Assembly: GCA_951406725.2 (NCBI GenBank)
Contig: OX597825.1
Location: 55,304,001 to 55,368,000 of the forward strand
DNA: 64,000 nt
Source: Octopus vulgaris
Lineage: Eukaryota
Direction: 5' to 3'
Made by a program: the position numbers and the translations under genes. The notes below the pieces were generated by a model. That model searched no databases, was not told the origin of the DNA, and saw only the letters and a program-made list of their open reading frames with translations. The first letter of the stretch is position 1. Each line of letters begins with the position of its first letter. Of the stretch, positions 28,621-41,419 are shown piece by piece.

Positions 28621-29242
28621 TGACACTTTGGTTCAGTCATTCCATCATCCATAAAACAATAACAATGATGATTTCTCTATTTTCCACAAGGACAATGAAT
28701 TAGGACACACTGCATAGTCACGTTATTAAAAAAGTGTTAACATGGAATTGATTAAGCAGTATAATGTCCCTAGAATAGGGCTACCAGTTAAGCATCAATC
28801 TAGGAACCCCACAGATCCTAAATTACTCAGACTCTGAAAAGATAACCCACTCCCAGCTATCAATCCAACTAACAAAAGGATGCTGGGAGCAGGCCAGTTT
28901 ATATGTACCATAATCACCACTTTCACTCAAATTTCAATAAATTTTACTGGATTCTAAATTTTCCTCTTCACCTTCTTCTCCAAGCAAAATTTACAATAGA
29001 GATAAAGACATGAAATGCCAACATTATTAAGAATGAATGAAAAGAATTACAATATATATAATAATGATTTTACAACATATGATAGCAAAACAATCATGTA
29101 TAATATTAAAACATTTTGAAACACTGAAACAGCACAAACAGCAAATGTAATAAGAAGCTATGAAATTTTATAACCATGCTCATGCATATATTTTAAAAAG
29201 GTGTGTGTAACATATATATATGTGTGTGTATGTATATATGTA

Positions 29243-29278
<36 letters not shown>

Positions 29279-29279
<1 letters not shown>

Positions 29280-29434
29280 CTAAGGGTGTTAGAAACACCT
29301 ACATCGCTGGAAATAGGAGCTAAGTGCTGTAATGCTGCAGTCAAACCATGTAATTGTATACATACAAACAGGGTTTGTAATTGCCCGGTTTAGCTCTTAT
29401 TTCGAGCAATGTAGGTGTTTCTAACACCCTTAGT
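29279..29434. repeat. Foldback/MITE-like element with 45-bp inverted arms
   Basis: 29279-29323 is the reverse complement of 29390-29434 with 3 mismatches; abuts (TA)n. Confidence 0.85.
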
Positions 29435-29555
29435 AATATCTAATGGCAATTATAGCTTTCCTTTTTGGTAAAACATTGCACATTACTGCCTATATTAATC
29501 ATGTGTCGGAAGTAAAAGAATTTGAATAACACCTGCATTTAACTCCATTTATATA

Positions 29556-29720
29556 TCTATTATATAAAATCCGTTCTGTCTGTCTGTGTGTGTGTCTTCT
29601 AGGATCTCGGGTATCCTCCATCCGATTGTGCTCAAATTTGACATGTAGATACCAACAGTATCAGAGCATGCATAAGTCTTGAAAAAAATTACAAAAATCG
29701 ATTCCAGGTGAGAATGCAAT
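29556..29720 (+). mobile_element. 5' end of non-autonomous Helitron (may extend to ~30249)
   Basis: A|TCTATTATATAAAAT, (CTGT)n/(GT)n, CCGATTGTGCTCAAATTTGACATG: typical Helitron-N 5' layout. Confidence 0.6.
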
Positions 29721-30130
29721 TGATAAAGCCCTGGGAATGTGCATTTGTACACGCAAGTACATCAGCTGTTGAGAACGATACTACGTGTACACCAGAAAAA
29801 TGCACAAAAATCATCATGCTTTTCCATCTAGATTTACCTCCAGCTAACCCATTTGGATGCATCGTTTTTGTCCTACTTTTCTTCCGTCAACCTGTACATA
29901 ACTGCACCTTCCACTTTTTGTTGTTTCTGTACTGCTTAAAGGCACGTTTCTTTCCTGCCAAGCTTACTATTTATACCATGTTTGTGTTCTCCCAGTCAAC
30001 AGCCTTATCATTACTGCTACTTTAAACTCTTCGGTTGCATATTTGTGTGAATAAAATCGTTTTTCTTTGGAATAGAAAAGAAGTCTATTTTTATTTCTTC
30101 TTTTGCTGGTGTCTCAAATTTAGGTTAAAT

Positions 30131-30190
30131 AAGTGTTTCTCAAACGGGAGGCCTATGGGATGGTTGGACAATTTGTTTTGAGAAAATTTG
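30131..30190. mobile_element. 60-bp hAT relic
   Basis: AAGTGTTTCTCAAA / TTTGAGAAAATTTG termini; 8-bp TSD-like ggttaaat / gtttaaat. Confidence 0.5.
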
Positions 30191-30245
30191 GTTTAAATGT
30201 TTGACAACTCAGCACCATCCATTGGACGGGGGTGGGGGCCTTTTG

Positions 30246-30299
<54 letters not shown>

Positions 30300-30340
30300 C
30301 AACCAAACTGGACAATCAATTCATAAATTATTTCATGAGG

Positions 30341-30430
30341 TCATCTTACACATGTTTCAGAGAAGATTATAGTTGGATTAAGTAGTCTGGGCCAGGTAAG
30401 TTTTCTACATCTTCACTTCATCAGAGTTTC
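30341..30430 (-). ncRNA. Type-I hammerhead-ribozyme-like motif, intact core
   Basis: CTGATGA (30424-30418), stem II agtgaagat/atcttctct (8 of 9 pairs), GAAAC-ATGT-GTA (30358-30347). Confidence 0.7.
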
Positions 30431-30856
30431 CTGAAAAATCTCTAGTTGGTTGGTTGATATGCATATGTGTGCATGTTTATGTATGTATGTAGGCATATGA
30501 TGCATATGTACTCACATGAGTTCCCAAACTCAAACATACACACTCATGTATATGCACATTATCGTCATTTAATGCATGTGTTTGCGTGTGTCTATGAATA
30601 GTCAAAATGTGTAGGGTGAATATATTTTTAGAAATATAATATATACATATTACATTTTATGCTACTAAACTTCATGCTAAATTGTGCATCATTCAAAGAG
30701 ATATGATTTGAAGGAAGATTTTCTTTGAAATGGTAGTTTCATGTTATTCTTTATCAGTGGTAGCTTGATGACAATATTCACATGTAATAATATGTGAGCA
30801 GAAGAGGTCATGTAACTTGTTTATATACACATAACCCATGCCAGCATGGGCAACAT

Positions 30857-31163
30857 GGAGGCACATGGCCTAGTGGTTAGAGCAGCGGACTCACAGTCGA
30901 GGGATTGCGGGTTCGAATGTCAGACCGGGCAATGTGTGTGTTTATGAGCAAAGCACTTAAGCTCCACGTGGCTCCAGCAGAAGATAATGGCAAACTTCTG
31001 CTGACTCTTTCGTCACAACTTTCTCTCACTCTTTCCTCCTGCAACTTGCAGCTCACCTGCGACGGACCGGTATCCTGTCCAGGTGGGGAACCTATACACC
31101 AAGGAAACTGGGAAACTGGCCCTTATGAGCCAGGCATGGCCCAAGAAGGAGCAAACAAACAAG
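30857..31163 (+). mobile_element. Well-preserved tRNA-derived SINE family C
   Basis: A box TGGCCTAGTGG, B box GGTTCGAATG, V-domain-like CCTGCGACGGACCGGTATCCTGTCCAGG, (AAAC)n tail. Confidence 0.88.
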
Positions 31164-33738
31164 CATGGACAACAGAGAGTAAATGATGATGATGAAGAGT
31201 GCACATATACACATTTGCATATATATATATATGCACACATACACTTATATATGCACAATTACACTTATATATGCACACATATACTTATATATGGTTCAAG
31301 GAGTGCCCATAATGTGGTGCAATACTACCAAGAGTTTGCACAGTGTGACCCACAAATTCCTAGATTGGTTGTGTTTTGGTATTTCTCTGGGGTCATGTAT
31401 TTTAGGATACTCAGCATTCAGTTGCAACTGTTACAGTTTGTCAGGAGTACACCATACAGTGTAGAATAGAAGGCTTAGATTAAAGCTATTCCCATGGTAC
31501 AAGGAGTGTATGGAAGGGCTTGTCTCCATAATACTTTGTAGCAGGGGAAGTTAGCTAGTAAGCTGAACAGAGAGTATGGAAGCCACCACTCATTGATTAG
31601 CTGTTTGCACAATGTCCAACACAGGGAGCACATACACAATCTTTATTGGTTACAGGAAACCCCTAATATTAAGGAAATTAAGTGAAATAATAAATATTTG
31701 CTAAGCATATTTGCTCAATATAGTTTTGTTGAGAAAAGGTAATTAAATATGCCTATATCTATGAGACACCAAAGCTGAACATGATCTGAATTTTCAGTGA
31801 TAAGTATGAGGGGAGAAAGAGAGTGGGGAGAGAAAGGAGAGAGGGAGAGAGAGGGGGAAAGAGAGAGAGAGAAATGGTTGGTAGGAAAAGTACAAGAGAT
31901 AGAAGCATATGAAGTAATAGAAAGGGACAGACAGAGAGAACAGTCATTCATATAACTGGTTGTGTTTGCAAGGTGTCCAATAGAGAGATCATACACGCAG
32001 AGTTGTGGTAGATAAGGGAGACCTTTAATAATATTAATAGATTAACAGAAATAAGACATACACACTTCATTTACAACTTATCACACTTGCTTCCTGTGGC
32101 TTCCTTAAGAAATGAGGAATAACATACAACATTTATGAATCGTCAGAGCTCATCATTGCTGATTATCCGGTGGAATGAATTTTCAGATGAATCACTGGGG
32201 AATGGAGAGAGAGAGAGACATGTGGACAACATGTGATTAGTGCTTTTATTTACACACTAACCAATGGGGAGCATGCACATAATTTTTAGTATATGTACAC
32301 ACACACACACAAAAACACACATATATATATATCCTGCTGATTGATATGTTTCTTCTTTTTACCTTTTTCCAAAATACACATACTCTTCAAACCTCAATTA
32401 CTTCAAATGCAGAAAGTATGTCAAAATAAATTTAATATTTTGACCAGTAAACACTGGGTAGCTGAATTTTACAGGGCTTTTATATATTTCTTATTTATGA
32501 TGATGATGATGATGATAAATAGCTGTAAATGAAAAGAGATGGAAGAGGTTGTCAAGAACTATAACTATTTCAAAAGTACATCAGATGTATCTTACATAAC
32601 ATTACAATTATCCTGCAACTGTCCAGATGTGCTTTTTCCTCGAGTACATATGACTTTTTACTTGGAAATAATCTGCTGCAGAAGAGAATGCTAAAACTGG
32701 GCTAGTAGAAAAAAAATTATAAAAACGGAAGTGGAGATCAGACTCAGCAAAAGAACCAAAGGAAGGCTTTAGTCATCAATTACCTTAGCAATATAGATAA
32801 TCTCTTTAATAAGCATTTTGATATGCTTAGTATGCATACATCTACATAGTTTTTCTCTCTCCTTTCTTATATGTGTGAGTGTAGCCCAGTATATCCATGG
32901 GTGTATACATGCAAATAACCTTAAACTATCGCCTTATTTTTGTCATTTTTCTTTATATGTTTTTCGCTGTCTTTCTTTTCACCATATGAGCTTTTATTAA
33001 TCATTTTTCATCAATACTATCATTGAACCCATGTATATATTAATGAGATTATAATCTATTGCACCTGCTACAAGAATTTGTGTAGGATAACAAAATGAAA
33101 CCACACCCCTATCTATCTCACTAAGGCAATCAATGAGTAAAGCACACCATTGTTTCTTTACAAATATCATTCGCCACTCTTAATTTTTAATTTTTTTCTG
33201 CTAGCCAATTTTTTGCCATCTCCTCTGCAGCAGACAAAAAAACTTTTATGCACCTTTGCAAAAAAGCACACCTGGACATTTACAGAACACATGCACTGTT
33301 ATATAAAATGCATTTCATGTGCTTTCGAAACAGTTGTAGTACTTAATAAACTCTTTTATGTCATTCATTTACAGATTTGATTACTGCCTCATAAGCAATG
33401 GTTGTTGCTTTTGAAATGGAGTAGTATAGGTCCTGTCATCTTATCAAAATTTTCTGTCTAATCTTGATATGGGATGAACAGTCTTTGATGCATTGATTAA
33501 TAAACTTTATCGATCACTTATTGAGCCATCTGTGTTTTCTATTCTATACAAGCCAGGTTTATGTTGGTGACTAACAAACTACATTTTACCATGATCACTA
33601 AACCAATCATAAGCATTATGTATGTGTGCATGTGTGAGTATGAATGCATGTAAATATATTTATGAGAATATAAATAAATGTATGTATATATGCATGTATA
33701 TATATGTATATATATATATATAACATATATGTATATAA

Positions 33739-33780
33739 ATAAACTAGTACTTTTATGTGTTACACAATCATCAGGTTTAT
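33739..33780 (-). ncRNA. Minimal type-I hammerhead-like motif (G12 to A)
   Basis: ataaac-CTGATGA-ttgtgtaacacat-AAAA-GTA-CTA-gtttat: perfect 6-bp stem I, 4-bp stem II, palindromic stem III AGTACT. Confidence 0.65.
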
Positions 33781-33934
33781 GTAGTGACAGTCTTGTTCCA
33801 CAATTGACAACATATATGTGTGTAGGTGTATACTTTTGCATATATTTGTATATATATATATATGTGTGCGTATATGTATATGAATATATATATCTATATA
33901 TGCATGTATACATATATGTATATTTGTATATATA

Positions 33935-34804
33935 CACACATGTTAGAATAAATAGACACCCCATAAAACATCGTTTTCTGTTTATTCTAACTCGTAAAGG
34001 TTTATATTTCTTATTAATTGACATTTTATGTTTTAGATTCTATATGTGACTGCTTAATCATGTCATGTACAAAGGAAGCTTTGGAACTGTCTGAATTTCA
34101 AAGAGGCCATATTGTGGGTCATTCTGGCGGTGGATATAGTCAGCATAAAATAGCACAAAACCTTGGGATCCCACTTTCTACAGTTAATAAAGTGATTGTG
34201 CAATTCATCAGAGAGGGGAAGGGGTTCACATCACCTTGTCCAGATCAACCAGGGCCGTTTGACAGGACTCTTCTCTTTGCTAAGAGAAGTGTGGAGAATA
34301 ATCCTCATTTCAAGACCTCTGACATAGCAGAGCAAGTTGATGGCAGTCCCAGAACAGCTGTCAGGTATCTCCACAAATTTGGTTACTATGGCAGAGCAGG
34401 AAGAAGAAAGCCACATCTTTGGCCAGCCAATATGAAACAGGGAAAAAATTGGGCCAGTGAGATGGTAGAGAAGCCATTAGCATTTTGGGTCACAAGTCCA
34501 GATTTGATGTGTTTCCTAACAGTGGTTGAGTGTGGGTTTGGAGACTCTGTGATCAAGAATTTGATGTGAAAAGATTGCAACCAGCAATGAAACACAGCAG
34601 CTATTCTGAAATGGTCTGGGTAACAATTTGGAGCAATGGTTGATCAGAGCTGGTGGAGTATGAGGGAAAGAAAAACTCAAATAAATGTGTCCATATTGCA
34701 GAAAGGACTGCTTCCAAACTTCTCGAGTGGTGAAATGATTATGATTAAAGAAGATTCTCTATTTGTGGAAGATGGGATTCCTTGTCACACTATTAAAATG
34801 ATCC
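33935..34804 (+). mobile_element. Tc1-like DNA transposon, transposase pseudogene (ATG 34060), 3' truncated
   Basis: [32 protein letters not shown] (HTH), [23 protein letters not shown] (QDNAPCH-like); frameshifts. Confidence 0.9.
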
Positions 34805-35107
34805 AAAGACAGCTATGCTACATGGCAGTGAAACAAGGGCTGTGACTACTGAGTATATCAAGACTTGAAAGAAATGAAGCCAGATGTTTTGGTCCCCCAT
34901 CATCCCCTCTGTGAGTCCCAATGATTGTAGATCCTTTCTCACCACTTCATCCCACATCTTCCTGGGATGCCCTCCATGCCTTCCACATGTTCCTTCTATA
35001 ATTAGAAATTAGCACCTCTTGATGCAACTGTCCTCATTCATATGTATTACATAGTCATACTAATGCAGTCTTCTCTGTTGCACACTACATCCGATGCTAC
35101 ATACACA

Positions 35108-35108
<1 letters not shown>
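34805..35108. mobile_element. Rearranged RTE fragment (+ piece 34805-34883 joined to - piece 34883-35108)
   Basis: TAMLHGSETRAVT..LERNEA on +; RTE C-terminus on -; close match to 38435-38820. Confidence 0.8.
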
Positions 35109-35143
<35 letters not shown>

Positions 35144-35146
35144 ATG

Positions 35147-35179
<33 letters not shown>

Positions 35180-35615
35180 TATATTAAATTAGAGATAAAA
35201 CCACTATTAGGCAAATCAAACAATGAAAAACTTAAGCCAATACATAAAATTAATTAATTTATATTATTTTAAATATATATCAAAAGTATTAAAAGTTTAA
35301 TAAAAGATAATGAGTAAAACACTACGATCGTTTCATGGCTGTCCAATTCATAATAATTCGAGTTATGGTTACAGTCAATCTTCAGGTAATTGAAATATTT
35401 ATCTAAGCGAGGTTTAAACTTTTAATACTTTTGATATATATTTAAAATAATATAAATTAATTTTATGTATTGGCTTAAGTTTTTCATTGTTTGATTTGCC
35501 TAATAGTGATTTTATCTCTAATTTAATATAACATAATAATTTACTATAAAATTGGATTCAATCCTAAATCTGATTTTTCCCTGTAAGTTTGGATTTATTC
35601 CCTAATATTTTATTA
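35180..35615. mobile_element. Foldback element in (TA)n with ~120-bp inverted arms around a hammerhead motif (Penelope-like)
   Basis: 35180-35300 is the reverse complement of 35414-35530 apart from a 4-nt indel and a substitution; TA tracts on both sides. Confidence 0.75.
35316..35391 (-). ncRNA. Type-I hammerhead-ribozyme-like motif, intact core
   Basis: aattac-CTGAAGA (35385-35379)-tgactgt/acagcca stem II-GAAAC-GATC-GTA (35334-35323)-gtgttt. Confidence 0.75.
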
Positions 35616-35640
35616 TATATATATATATATGTATTTCATG

Positions 35641-36412
35641 ATCATCATCATTTAATGCCTGTTTTCCATGCTGGTTTAACTGAGGTCTAGAAAGCCAGTG
35701 GCTACACCAGGCTCCAATCTGATCTTGCAATGTTTCTACAGCTGGATGCCCTTCCTAATGCCAACCATTCCAAGAGTGCTTTTTACGTGCCACAGGCACG
35801 GGAGTCAGGCAGGGGACACTGGTTTCGATGATGTTCGCATAGTGCTTTTTGCATGCCACTGGCACGGAAGCCAGTCAGGGGGCACTGGCTATATATATAT
35901 GTATGTATGTATGTATATCATCATCATCATCGCTTAACATCAGCTTTCCATGCTAGCATGGGTTGGACAATTTGACTGAGGACTGGCGAACCAGATGGCT
36001 GCACCAGACTCCAATCTGATCTGGCAGAATTTCTACTGCTGGATGCCCTTTCTAATGTCAACCACTCTGAGAGTGTAGTGGGTGCTTTTACGTGCCACCA
36101 GCATGAGGGCCAGTTAGGCAGTACTAGCAACGGCCATGCTCAAATAGTATTTTTTACATGCCACCTGCATGGGAGCCAGTTCAGCGGCACTGGCAACGAA
36201 CTCGCTCAAATGTTTTTTCACATACCACCAGCACAAATGCCAGTAAGGCGACGCTGGTAACAATCACACTCGAATGGTGCTTTTTATGTGCCACTGGCAC
36301 AAAAGCCAGTTAGTTGCTCTGGCAACGATCACACTCAGATGGTGCTCTTAGCGCTCCAATAGCTCGGATGCCAATCATCGAATTTGATTTCAATTTCACT
36401 TGCCTTAACAGG
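35641..36412 (-). mobile_element. Two RTE 3' UTR copies with internal subrepeats
   Basis: TTGGCATTAGGAAGGGCATCCAGC..CCATGCTAGCATGGAAA..(GAT)n tail; repeated GCTTTTTACGTGCCAC.GGCAC units. Confidence 0.8.
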
Positions 36413-37732
36413 AAGAAGGACAACAAAAATCAAGACAGAATGAGTATCTCAAGTCATTTAGAATATTTAATTAAGGTAATGTGAACATGAATATATATCT
36501 CCTAACTCAGAAGCCTACTATGGATCCCTAGTTCCAGCCTCAGCTGTGAACCTAACAACTGACCGACTATAGCACTTACTTGGCATATCTATTTGTTTAG
36601 ATCACCAGTGAATTAAACTTATCATATTCTATGTGTGTGTGTGTGTATACATGGGTGGGTGTGTGTGTGTGTGTATATATACATGGGTGGGTGGGTGTGT
36701 ATATTTATGTGTGCACGAGTGAGAGTGTATGAAGTATGTGTGCATTTATATACATAAATGGGTAACAGGAGAGATGCATATGTATGTGCATAAGATAGAC
36801 ATTTAGATATGTAGGTATATACCCAATAAGCTTGTGATCTTCAGAAATTTTAACACTTAAATGCTAACATACTTCTGGGAACATTTTGTGTGTATGTGTA
36901 TATGTGTGTGTGTGTGTATACATAAATTTATATATGTGTGTGTGTGTGTGTGCAAAAACGAATTATCAGAAAATATTCATTATAATTATGTAATATCTCA
37001 CATCTTCATATAACAGAAATCATTACTGATAATTATGGCTTGGTTCCTGCAAACATCTTTAACTGGAAGACGAAGCTTTCCAAGACAGAAAATTGCAGAA
37101 GAAACAAAATCTAACTATGCCATCTCCAAAACCACCACTCTCAGAGACACCACCACCACCACCACTACCATTACTCTCCATATAAATGCCAACACGCTAA
37201 CAATATTCTAAGGAAAAAAATGTTATAAATCCATAAATATATATACATATATGTGTGTGTATAAATTAATAAGAATACAAATAATTTTGAAAACATACAC
37301 TAAAGTATAAAGTAGGTATACCACCACCACTGCCAAAAAAAAAATTAATAAAATTTATTTAAAAAAATGAAAAATATATTCATGAAGGTAAAACTGATTC
37401 GATGAAAAGCTTAAAATATTTAGGAATTTCAGTGTGCCAGGAAAAATAGTTTTCATGTGACAGGGATTACATATGCATAAATGCACACGCACACATATAT
37501 GTATATATATTCTTATGTGCATATACACAGACACAATCACATTCATTTACATGCATGCGTGATATATACACACGCACACACATTTATATACATACATATG
37601 AATATATACATGCACATACATATATGTATATATATTCTAATGTGTACACGCCCACACATTTATATACATACACATACATATGAATATATACATGTGCATA
37701 TACATATATACACACATATGTATATGCACAAT

Positions 37733-37787
<55 letters not shown>

Positions 37788-37847
37788 GCATATAAAATAT
37801 ATAGATATATATATATGTTTATATAAGTGCATAACATTATATATATT

Positions 37848-38820
37848 ATCATCATTTAATGTCCATTCTCTATGCTGGCAGGAGTTGACAGTTTGACAGG
37901 AATTGGCCAGCTGGAGAGCTGCCCAGGTTCCATTTGTCTATTTTGGCATGGTTTTTGTGGCTGGATACCCTTCCCAATTCCAACCACTTAACAGAGTGTA
38001 CTGGGTACTCTTAACAAGGCACCGGCACTGGCACTTTTACATGGCACTGGCATGGGTGCTTTTACATGGCACCAGCACACACACACACACATGCATAAAC
38101 AATATATACATCATCGTTATTTAAAGTCTGTTTTTCATGCCGGCATGGGTTGGATGGTTTATCAAAAGCTGACCAGCTGAAGTGCTGTTCAGGCCTCACG
38201 TTTGTTTTGTCATGGTTTCTATGGCTGCATGCCCTTCCTAACACCAATCACTTTACAAAGGGTACTGGATGCTATTACACAGCACTGGCATGGGTGCTTT
38301 TTACATGGCACCAGCACTTATGAACCCACAAGATTAGGGATGCTCAGCTGGAGAGGGTTGCAAGGATGAGCCTCTATGCAAGAGCAGCCATGCTTTTACT
38401 TAGCTTGATGTGTCTTTTCAAGTACAGCAAACTCCCAGATGTCTTGGTCCCTTGTCATCTCCTCTGTGAGACCCAAAGTTTGTAGATCCTTTCCCACCAA
38501 TTCCTCCCACATCTTCCTAGGTCTAAGCCTTCCACATGTTCCTTCTATAATTAGAAATTAGCACCTCTTGATGCTACTGTCCTCATTCATATGCATTACA
38601 TAGCCATACCAGTAGTCATCACTGTTGCACACTACATCTGATGCTACATACACCCAGTTTTTCTCTCAGACCACTTACACACTGTCATATATGCACACTG
38701 ACATTACCCATCCAGCAAAGCATACTGGCTTCATTTCTTTCAAGTCTTCACATATCCTCAGTAGTCACAGCCCTTGTTTCATTGCCATGTAGCATAGCTA
38801 TCCTTACACAGGCAATGTGG
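37848..38820 (-). mobile_element. RTE LINE 3' end (ORF C-terminus 38820-38440 plus 3' UTR to 38109) and a second 3' UTR copy (37848-38075)
   Basis: IAMLHGNETRAVTTEDM*RLERNEASMLCWMGNVSV contiguous with the GAAGGGCAT..(GAT)n UTR, which ties that repeat family to RTE. Confidence 0.85.
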
Positions 38821-39030
38821 TACCTTTGCATTTGTAGCAGTTGGCTATAATGCTGCTACACCAATCATTGTCCCTCATGGACAACCTGACCAGGTTATAC
38901 CCCACTCCCCCGGGGATTTTAAACATCAATTATTTTAATTTATACATCTATACATATTATTAAACTATACATATTATTAAACTAACTCCCAAAGTTTTTT
39001 TATTTGCTCTCTGTTTATTTCCTCACGTTC

Positions 39031-39066
39031 CTTTCTTTTGAAGAGCATAGGCTCAAAACATAAAAG
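39031..39066 (+). ncRNA. Decayed minimal hammerhead-like motif
   Basis: cttt-CTTTTGAA-gagc atag gctc-AAAAC-ATA-aaag: stems I and II intact, core hit by apparent CpG decay. Confidence 0.45.
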
Positions 39067-39397
39067 ACTTTCTCACCTTCCTGAGCATCAAACTAATATA
39101 CCTACTTGCTGTTTATACACCTGTCTTCAACTTCCGTTTTTCTGTAAATTTCAACTATATATATATATATATATATATGGTTCAAATTTACAGAAAACAT
39201 GTGACAGGTGAGGGAACAACATATATATTCAGGAGTGAACATTCCATCTTAAAGATACCATATTTGGTATTAAGAGAATTTTTGTAAGGAGAGATCAGTT
39301 AGTCATATTCTTGCCATATTATTTACCATTTTCATTATTTTAATGCCAACTTTTCCATACTCACATTGGGGGTACAAACACACACATATATACATAT

Positions 39398-39561
39398 ACG
39401 ACGGGCTTCTTCCAGTTTCATTCTACCAAATCTACTCACAAGGATTTGGTCGGCCCGAGGCTATAATAGAAGACACTTGCCCTAGGTGCCATGCAGGGGA
39501 CTGAACCCAGGACCATGTGGTTTGTAAGCAAGCTACTTACCACACAGCCACTCCTGCGCCT
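39398..39561 (-). mobile_element. SINE family B 5' part (tRNA head plus CORE-like GGGCAAGTGTCTT)
   Basis: GGCGCAGGAGTGGCTGTGTGGTAAG A box, GGTTCAGTCCC B box; other copies 21525-21660, 58730-58900. Confidence 0.85.
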
Positions 39562-41219
39562 ATATATATATATACACACATACAACAAGCTTCTTTCAGT
39601 TTCTGTCTAACAAATTCACTCATAAGGCTTTGATATATATATTTATACTGCTATATGTACACATATATATATTTCTCTATATATGTATTTGTGTAGGTAT
39701 ATATAACCCATAATTGTATGGAATATGGGCACTAAATATTGATGATGATGATGATGTGTGTGTGTGGGATTCCTTTGAGCCTATGTATACATGTTAAAAA
39801 AAAAAGCAAATCTTCAACATAATTAACATGTGATACATATGTACATAGCATGTAACTAAATTATACATCTGAAAATGTTAAAAATTAGGTGCTACAACAT
39901 TCCCATATATATATTGTATAGATCTGTATGCAAATCTATATAGATCTATATGTATACACACTGATATATATACATATATGAATCATCTTCCTCATCGCCA
40001 CCACTACCATCATCCTCTTCATTATGATATTTCTTTCCCAAGCTGGCATGAGCTTGAGAGGTCTTCTCCAGCACAGTACCTCATCCATTTTTCCTATCCT
40101 TTATCATCAATCTCTGTGATGTTTAAGCTTTTGAGATCAGGCTTCACTTCTCCCCCCACCCACCCACCCACCCACACATGTCTTCTTATAGTCGCCTTTA
40201 TTCTTTACCTAACTGTCAGCAACCATCCACATCACGTGTTCCAATCAGTGTTGCCTTCTTCTCGCTCATACACAGCATCTGCTTCTTCTTAAATCAAAGT
40301 TTTTTTCTCAGTCCAATTGTGCTCATTTGTTTATGTATGCTAATAACACATACCCAGCAGAGCAAGCTTGCGACATTTCTTTCTAGCCCAGGCATATCAG
40401 CTGCATTATAATATTAATACACACATACACACACACATATCTATATACACACATACATGAACACACACATACATGCACAAAAGAAGTGAATGGATTGTTA
40501 ACATTGGTGAATGGTTGTAATAGTAATGTGTGTTGTTGACTATCTATTTGGTTGGATCACTTTTTCTTCTGTTTTCTCACTGAACACACATATATCATCT
40601 TCAATGAGAGAGTCCATCATATATACACATACATTTATATATATAATATGGATTAAATGAATGACAATGAAACAAGAACTGCATAATCAACTTCATTAGC
40701 TTACAGCTGTTTTTGCTATATGAAGCAGTGTACTCACAAAATGAACATTTCAGGTACTCAGTATTATACCATGTACACCAGGTTCTAATCTGATTTAGTA
40801 TTGCTTCTACAACTGGATGCCCTTCCTAACACTAACCACTCCAAGAGTGTAATGGGTGCTTTTTTGCATGCCACTGGCATGGGTGCCAATTACGTGACAC
40901 CAACATCATGTTATGATTTCACTTGGCTTGATGAGTTTTCTCAAGCACAGCATATTGCCAAAGGCCTTGGTCACTTATCATTGGCTCAATAAGGCCCAAT
41001 ATTTGAAGGGTGCTTTTTATGTGCCACCAGCACAGGTGCCTGTTAATTAACATAGGCAAACTGTCTAACGCATGCCAGCCTGGAAAGCAGATGTTAAATG
41101 ATGATGATGATAGTTTCTGAAGAGTATGAATACTGAATTCTAACATCACATGCTCCAGCATGGCTGCAGTCAAATTCGAAACAAGTAAAAGAAAGAATAT
41201 CTGTTGTGGTGGATGGATC

Positions 41220-41400
41220 TTCTTGGATATAACAATGTGCAACATATCTCAGTCCTCTGTCATCTCCTTCAGATATTTTGAGATTAGCCTTCAATACATC
41301 ATTCCATGTCTTTCTAGGTCTCCCTCTTCTACAGGTTGCCTCTACTTTAAGTGATTGACTGACTGACATGGTTTCCAAACAGTGACAACACAGGTCCAAG
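41220..41400 (-). mobile_element. RTE C-terminal fragment
   Basis: VEATCRRGRPRKTWNDVLKANLK. Confidence 0.8.
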
Positions 41401-41419
41401 AAGAATTGTCAGTCTAGAG

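Noticed and set aside
30857-30930. tRNA gene
   Set aside because: tRNA-like head runs into a SINE body and tail; no proper acceptor stem or terminator
40695-40760. Further hammerhead remnant on minus strand (AAAAC-AGCT-GTA)
   Set aside because: Palindromic stem III present, but no convincing CTGANGA or stem II
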